A stretch of DNA of 64,000 nt from a bacterium (GTDB lineage Bacteria; UBA8248; JACPRG01; G963555815), in the NCBI GenBank assembly GCA_965261595.1, contig CBDHDG010000001.1, positions 64,001 through 128,000 of the forward strand, written 5' to 3'. Below are positions 58,849 to 64,000 of this stretch, one piece after another. The stretch's first letter is position 1. Each line of letters opens with the position of its first letter. Position numbers and translations under genes: made by a program. The notes beneath the pieces were generated by a model, which was not told the DNA's origin, did no database searches, and worked only from the letters and a program-made list of their open reading frames with translations.

Positions 58849-60489
58849 ATGGGCAACTGGGACGTCCCCCTTCCGGAAAACTATCTGAAGATCCCCCCCG
58901 CTCTGAACATGGCCGAAGCCGTTTGCGACCGCTGGGTGGCCGAGGGCGGAGGCGGCGACACGGCCATCGTCTTCGGAACCGAACGGATCACGTTCGGAGC
59001 GCTCCACGATCGAATGCGGCGATGCGCCCGCTTTCTTCTGGACCTCGGCATCGGCCCCGGGGACACATATGTCATTCGGTCCCCCAACCATCCGGGCTAT
59101 GTCGTGGCCGTCCTGGCAGGCCTACGAATCGGCGCCGTCCCGGTCTTGAGCAATTCCCTCCTCGGGCCCAAGGAGCTGGGCCACGTCATCGACAACTCGG
59201 ACGCACGGGCGATTCTGACGACCCGGGACCGCATCGAGGCCGTCGAAGCGGTTCGTCCGGACTGCCCCCGGTTGGAGCACGTCATTCTGTTCGACGACGA
59301 GCTTCCGGGCGCCCTTCCCTTCGACCGCTTCCTCGACGCCGAGCCGGCCGAGGTCGAACGGTTTCAGACCGGTCCCGAGGATCGGGCGTTTATGCTCTAC
59401 ACCTCGGGCACGACCGGGCCGCCGAAGGGAATCGTCCACGTCCACCGGTGGATCGTCGGAACCGGCGATCCCGTCGGGAACCTGATGCTGAAACTCCGCC
59501 CCGGTGACCTCAGCTGGAACCCGGCCGAGTTCAGCTTCATGTACGCCTGGGGCCACGGACTGATGCACTGCCTGTATAAAGGGACGGCCGTGTTCATCCA
59601 CCCCGGCCGGTTCGATCCCGCGCGGGCCGTCGGCGTGATCGCCGAAAACCGGATCACCGTCTTCTCCACCGTTCCCACGGCGTACCGGATGATCCTCGCC
59701 GGAGAAGATGGGGAAGGGGAGGACGAGACGCCGGCGGCCCGCGGCCTGGACGCGCTTCGACTCTGTGTCAGCTCGGGCGAGACCCTGCCGCCGGAGACGT
59801 ATCGGGAATGGAAGAAGCGCTTCGGCTGCGACATCATCGACGGCCTCGGCGTCTCGGAGCTTCAGAAGTTCTGCTGCAACCTGGACGGCGAGCCCATCAA
59901 GCCGGGTTCGACGGGAAAAACAATCCCCGGTTACGTCATGGAGATGCATGACGACGACGGGAAACCCGTTCCCGACGGCGAGGTCGGGCGCGTCGCGCTG
60001 CGGGAGGATTGCCCCGGCCTGTTCGTCGAATACCGAAAAATGCCAGAGCGGTGGGCGGAGAACCACATCAACGGGTGGTACTACACGGGCGACCTGGGCC
60101 GGTTCGACGAGGACGGATATTTCTGGTACCTGAGCCGGAAGGACGACCTCATCAAGAGCCGCGGCTATCTGATCTCCCCCAAAGAGGTGGAAGAGACCTG
60201 CATGGAACACCCCGGGGTTCTGGAAGCCGGCGTGATCGGGCTTCCCGACCCAGAGATCGGTTTCCGGGTGAAGGCCTACGTCATCCTGAAACCCTCTTGG
60301 CCGCCGGGCGAAGCAATGGCCCGGGAAGTGCGGGACCTGCTCCGCGAGCGCATCGCGCTTTACAAAGTGCCGAAAATCATCGAATTCCTGTCCGACCTTC
60401 CGAAAACCTCGACCGGGAAGATCCGCCGGAACGTCCTGCGAGAGCGGTCCTTGAACGAGGAAGCCGGCGAACACCGCTACGATTTCTGA
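58849..60489 (+). CDS. Acyl/aryl-CoA ligase (benzoate-CoA ligase-like)
   Basis: YTSGTTGPPKG, VPTAYR, SSGETLP, DGLGVSE, GSTG, TGD, RKDD, LPKTSTGKI. Confidence 0.93.
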   Translation: MGNWDVPLPENYLKIPPALNMAEAVCDRWVAEGGGGDTAIVFGTERITFGALHDRMRRCARFLLDLGIGPGDTYVIRSPNHPGYVVAVLAGLRIGAVPVLSNSLLGPKELGHVIDNSDARAILTTRDRIEAVEAVRPDCPRLEHVILFDDELPGALPFDRFLDAEPAEVERFQTGPEDRAFMLYTSGTTGPPKGIVHVHRWIVGTGDPVGNLMLKLRPGDLSWNPAEFSFMYAWGHGLMHCLYKGTAVFIHPGRFDPARAVGVIAENRITVFSTVPTAYRMILAGEDGEGEDETPAARGLDALRLCVSSGETLPPETYREWKKRFGCDIIDGLGVSELQKFCCNLDGEPIKPGSTGKTIPGYVMEMHDDDGKPVPDGEVGRVALREDCPGLFVEYRKMPERWAENHINGWYYTGDLGRFDEDGYFWYLSRKDDLIKSRGYLISPKEVEETCMEHPGVLEAGVIGLPDPEIGFRVKAYVILKPSWPPGEAMAREVRDLLRERIALYKVPKIIEFLSDLPKTSTGKIRRNVLRERSLNEEAGEHRYDF

Positions 60490-60542
60490 CCCTCCGCCCC
60501 ATTCGCGGGAATCAACCGATCATGAACCCGGGCAGGTTTCGG

Positions 60543-61409
60543 TTACGAAATCGCCCCTGTGTATTTGGGCCGCTCCTTGTTCAGGAACGCCCGGATGCCC
60601 TCCCGGCAATCCGGCGTGCGCGTGATCTCGAGGACCGTGTCCAGCTCGTCCTTGAATCCGGCGTCGGTCTTGTTTGAATCCCAGTAGGACTTCATCAGCC
60701 GTTTCGCCTCCCGCACGGAAATCCGGGGACCTTGGGCGATCTTGCCGGCGAGCTGGAAGGCCTCGTCCAGAAGCTTCTCATGGGGGACGACAAACTCGAC
60801 AAGGCCGATCTCCAACGCCTCCCGGGCGGTCAGGATTCTGCCGGTGAGGGTCAGCTCCATCGCCCGCCCGTATCCGACCAGCTTGGGAAGGTTCCGGCAG
60901 CCTCCGGTCTCCGGAAGGAATCCCGCGACAACGGCGACTTCGCCCATCTTGGCCTTTTCCGAAGCGACGCGCAGATCGAGCCCTGTCGTCATTTCGAGCC
61001 CGACGCCTACGGCCATGCCGTTGATGGCCGCGATCGTCACCTGGGGCAGATCCTCCAGCTTGCGGACGGCGTTCTGCATCACGACGTGGAAGACATCGTT
61101 GACGTAGTACTCCATCATCTTGGCATACGGACCTTTGAGACCCATGTCCGCGCCCCTGACCTGAAGCCCCCCGCTCTCTTCCTGAAGATCGCCGCCGGCG
61201 CAAAACCCGGGGTCCGTTCCCGTCACCACAACAACCTGGATGTCCTCCCGACGCCGGATCCGGCCGCAGAGGTAGTCCAACTCCAGACTCATCTGTGGTC
61301 CGATGGAGTTGAGCTTCTCGGGCGCGTTGAGCTTGATCAATCCGATGCATCGGTCTTCTGGATCCAGCGGGCTCGGATGGACAGACCATTCGATCTTTTC
61401 AAATTCCAT
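60543..61409 (-). CDS. Enoyl-CoA hydratase/isomerase family protein
   Basis: LNAPEKLN, FCAGGDL, IAAINGMAVGVGLE, EALEIGLV, EGIRAFLNKERP. Confidence 0.93.
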   Translation of the reverse strand: MEFEKIEWSVHPSPLDPEDRCIGLIKLNAPEKLNSIGPQMSLELDYLCGRIRRREDIQVVVVTGTDPGFCAGGDLQEESGGLQVRGADMGLKGPYAKMMEYYVNDVFHVVMQNAVRKLEDLPQVTIAAINGMAVGVGLEMTTGLDLRVASEKAKMGEVAVVAGFLPETGGCRNLPKLVGYGRAMELTLTGRILTAREALEIGLVEFVVPHEKLLDEAFQLAGKIAQGPRISVREAKRLMKSYWDSNKTDAGFKDELDTVLEITRTPDCREGIRAFLNKERPKYTGAIS

Positions 61410-61919
61410 GCGTTTTTTCTCCTTTCAAGGGATGCAAGGATCGGATTCAACAAAAAACGCGCCGCGATTCGGCGGCGTGGAAGCGGAACGCATGAGGCTG
61501 GACGGAACCGGAGGCGTGCGCGACCCAACCCGCCCGGGCCTGACCCCATTTCTCTTCACGGCTTTGAAACCGGGAAGGGGGAGGGGGAAGCCTCACCCGA
61601 AGAAGGGCGCTGGGAGGAGAATCCGGGCGGAAGTATAGCATACCGGGCGGATCCGATAGAATCCGCCGAGCGGATCCGGCGCCCCGCTGAAATTCGTCAT
61701 CCATTCGGCCGACCGGAACAGGTAAACTACTCCTGAACCCGTATAGATAGTTGACGAGATTTTGCTTCTGTGCGAAAATAACTTGGATTCAATGAAGACA
61801 ATTTCAAAGGAAACTGGACTTAAGCGGCGTGGTCGTTGGACATTGCGCGCAGCCAGCGGATGGTGTGCGGAAGTCCTGGCAATCAATTCAATGAACCCAT
61901 GGCGTCGGAGGGAAAAGCG

Positions 61920-62960
61920 ATGACCCGGAAAAGCTGGATTACCTTGATTCTGCTGCCTACATTCTTTTTCTCCCTTTCCATTTCATCCTCTCAGGCCCAG
62001 ATGAAGCCGAAGGTGACCTTAACCGAGGATTGGATCCTCTACGGAGCACAGTTGCCTGAATTCCTGGCGGCGGCGAAAGGGTATTACGCGGCCGAAGGAT
62101 TGGAAGTCAACATCGTTCGGGGCTACGGTCCGGGAGACACCGTGAAGAAGGTCGCCTTAGGGGCTTCAGAGTTCGGTCGCTCGGCGGGTATCAGCGACAT
62201 CCTGGGCCGGGCCAGCGGGGCCAAGATCAAGATCGTTGCCGTGCCCATGCTGACCCCTCCGTTCGGCGTGGTTTTTCTCAAGAGCAGCGGAATCCGGAAC
62301 CCCAAGGACCTCGAAGGGAAAAAGCTCGGGGCCCCCGCCGCCTCGTCCGCCTTCCGTATGTTCCCGGCCTTCGCCCAAGAGACGGGAATCAACCAGTCCA
62401 AGATCACGGTTGTCAATATGGACCCCGCGGGCTTGGTCGGGAGCCTGGTGGTCAAGAGCGTGGATATATCCATCTTTTGGCCCACCGAGATGCCCGCGTA
62501 TGCCAAGGCCGCCAAACAAAGGGGCGAAGAGGTGGCCTACATGCTCTTTGCCGATTACGGCGTGAGAGACATGTACGGGAACACCTTTATCACTGCGGAT
62601 AGCACCATCGCCAAGAGTCCTAAAGTCGTTCGGGGTTTTGTCCGGGCGTCCTTGCGCGGACTCTCCTACGCAATTAACCATCCGGACGAGGCAGTGAAGG
62701 CTTTCATGAAGCACAGCCCCGTCTCGGACCCGGCCGTCATCAAGGGAGAGTGGCTCGAGACCGCGAAGCTGGCCTTCGATGACCTTTACGAAAAAAACGG
62801 GCTCGGGTTCGCGGACCCCGGGAAAATGAAGGCCTCCCTGAAGCTTGTGAGGAAATATTTCGGCGGCAAGGGAACGATCAAGCCCGAGGCGGTCTACACG
62901 AACGAATTCGTCCTGGCAACGCCGCGAAAGTGGCGAACCGCCAAGCGGCCAGCCAAGTAA
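61920..62960 (+). CDS. ABC transporter substrate-binding protein, NMT1/THI5 (SsuA-like) family
   Basis: Signal peptide, KGYYAAEGLEV, RGYG, PKDLEGKKLG, YGN, VRGFVRA, YTNEF. Confidence 0.88.
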   Translation: MTRKSWITLILLPTFFFSLSISSSQAQMKPKVTLTEDWILYGAQLPEFLAAAKGYYAAEGLEVNIVRGYGPGDTVKKVALGASEFGRSAGISDILGRASGAKIKIVAVPMLTPPFGVVFLKSSGIRNPKDLEGKKLGAPAASSAFRMFPAFAQETGINQSKITVVNMDPAGLVGSLVVKSVDISIFWPTEMPAYAKAAKQRGEEVAYMLFADYGVRDMYGNTFITADSTIAKSPKVVRGFVRASLRGLSYAINHPDEAVKAFMKHSPVSDPAVIKGEWLETAKLAFDDLYEKNGLGFADPGKMKASLKLVRKYFGGKGTIKPEAVYTNEFVLATPRKWRTAKRPAK

Positions 62961-63164
62961 TTCGGCTTCCGCTTTTGCTGAACCTGGGAAAAGCTCCCTA
63001 AAGCCGGTGTGCCGTCCGATCGGTGCGCAAGGAAGCCTGCATTCGAGCTCCCGACCGCTTCCCAACGTCGTGACGAATCACAAGGTTTAAAGAGGATTTG
63101 GACAAAGGCGGACTGCCCGATTTCCGGGTAATACGTTGCGGCCAATACCCCGAAGGAGGCCATC

Positions 63165-64000
63165 GTGAAATCTAAACTTATCCGATCCGATGCGCCTCAG
63201 CCTGTAGCCGTTTATTCCGAGGCCATGACAGCCGGTCCCCTGGTATTCGCCGCCGGACAAATCGCCAGCGATTCCAGAACCGGGATTCCGCCCGAAGCCA
63301 GGGTGGACCCTGCCTTTCCCTATTACGGCTCCGACATCAAGCGCCAGACCGGGTATATCCTCAACAACCTCTCCAATACTTTCGAGGCGGCCGGATCCTC
63401 CCTTGACCATGTGGTCAAGGCCCAGGTGTTTCTCACCGACCTCAACCATTTCTTCGCCTTCGACGAGGTCTGGAAAGAATTCTTCAAGACACCGCCCCCC
63501 CGCACGACGGTCGGAACGACGGGCCTCCTCGCGCCGGGTTGTCTGGTCGAGATCGATCTAATCGCCTATCGTCCCCGTCAAGGATGGAAGCGCGAGGTGA
63601 TCCAATCGAAAGCGCCCCGTCCCCTCGCCAACTATTCCGAGGCCTTCCGGGTGGGAGACTTCGTCTTCGCCGCCGGACAGATCGCCAGCGACTACAAGAC
63701 TGGCATCCCGCCCAAAGCCGGGGTGGACCCTGCCTTTCCCTACTACGGCTCCGACATCAAGCGCCAGACCGATTACATCCTCAACAACCTCTCCAAAACC
63801 TTCGAGGCGGCCGGAACATCCCTCGACAATGTGGTCAAGGCCCAGGTATTTCTCACTGACCTCAACCATTTCTTCGCCTTCGACGAGGTCTGGAAAGAGT
63901 TCTTCAATACACCGCCCCCACGTACGACGGTCGGAACGACGGGCCTTTTGGCGCCCGGCTGTCTGGTCGAAATCGACCTCATTGCTTACGTCCCTCGAAA
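63165..64000 (+). CDS. Tandem multi-domain RidA/YjgF family protein (runs off the window end; absent from the ORF track)
   Basis: RBS aaggagg then GTG; two in-frame domains YSEA...FAAGQIA...LDxVVKAQVFL...PPPRTTV...LVEIDLIA, 420-nt period. Confidence 0.92.
   Translation, partial: MKSKLIRSDAPQPVAVYSEAMTAGPLVFAAGQIASDSRTGIPPEARVDPAFPYYGSDIKRQTGYILNNLSNTFEAAGSSLDHVVKAQVFLTDLNHFFAFDEVWKEFFKTPPPRTTVGTTGLLAPGCLVEIDLIAYRPRQGWKREVIQSKAPRPLANYSEAFRVGDFVFAAGQIASDYKTGIPPKAGVDPAFPYYGSDIKRQTDYILNNLSKTFEAAGTSLDNVVKAQVFLTDLNHFFAFDEVWKEFFNTPPPRTTVGTTGLLAPGCLVEIDLIAYVPR

Overview
A GC-rich bacterial chromosome segment in three parts. (1) 1-8.3 kb is a conserved housekeeping cluster on the minus strand: priA-def-fmt-rsmB-PASTA protein-rpe-ffh. 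It is invaded by an AT-richer palindromic repeat family, and one decayed copy now encodes part of Fmt. (2) 8.6-35 kb is accessory DNA. It carries enzymes for N-heterocycles and amides (two SDRs, a nucleoside deaminase, a creatininase, two cyclic amidohydrolases, an XDH-family molybdoenzyme, a C45 Ntn-hydrolase), an InoEFGK-like ABC importer, two near-identical IS3-family copies and an IS1595 with an 8-bp target duplication. It also has island relics bounded by duplicated tRNA-Glu 3' ends and several pseudogenes. (3) 35-64 kb holds a FadR regulator followed by an oxalate-oxidoreductase-like, apparently CoA-independent 2-oxoacid:ferredoxin oxidoreductase with an altered active site. After it come a pentose-phosphate operon with a tal-pgi fusion, a CoxMSL-like molybdoenzyme, a NaaA-like aromatic aminohydrolase next to a ferritin-like diiron protein, an aryl-CoA ligase, an enoyl-CoA hydratase, an NMT1/THI5 binding protein and a tandem-domain RidA. 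The best candidates for undescribed biology are the OOR-clade oxidoreductase, the NaaA-like/diiron/molybdoenzyme cluster and the repeat recruited into fmt. All family assignments are by eye from recalled motifs; no database searches were run.
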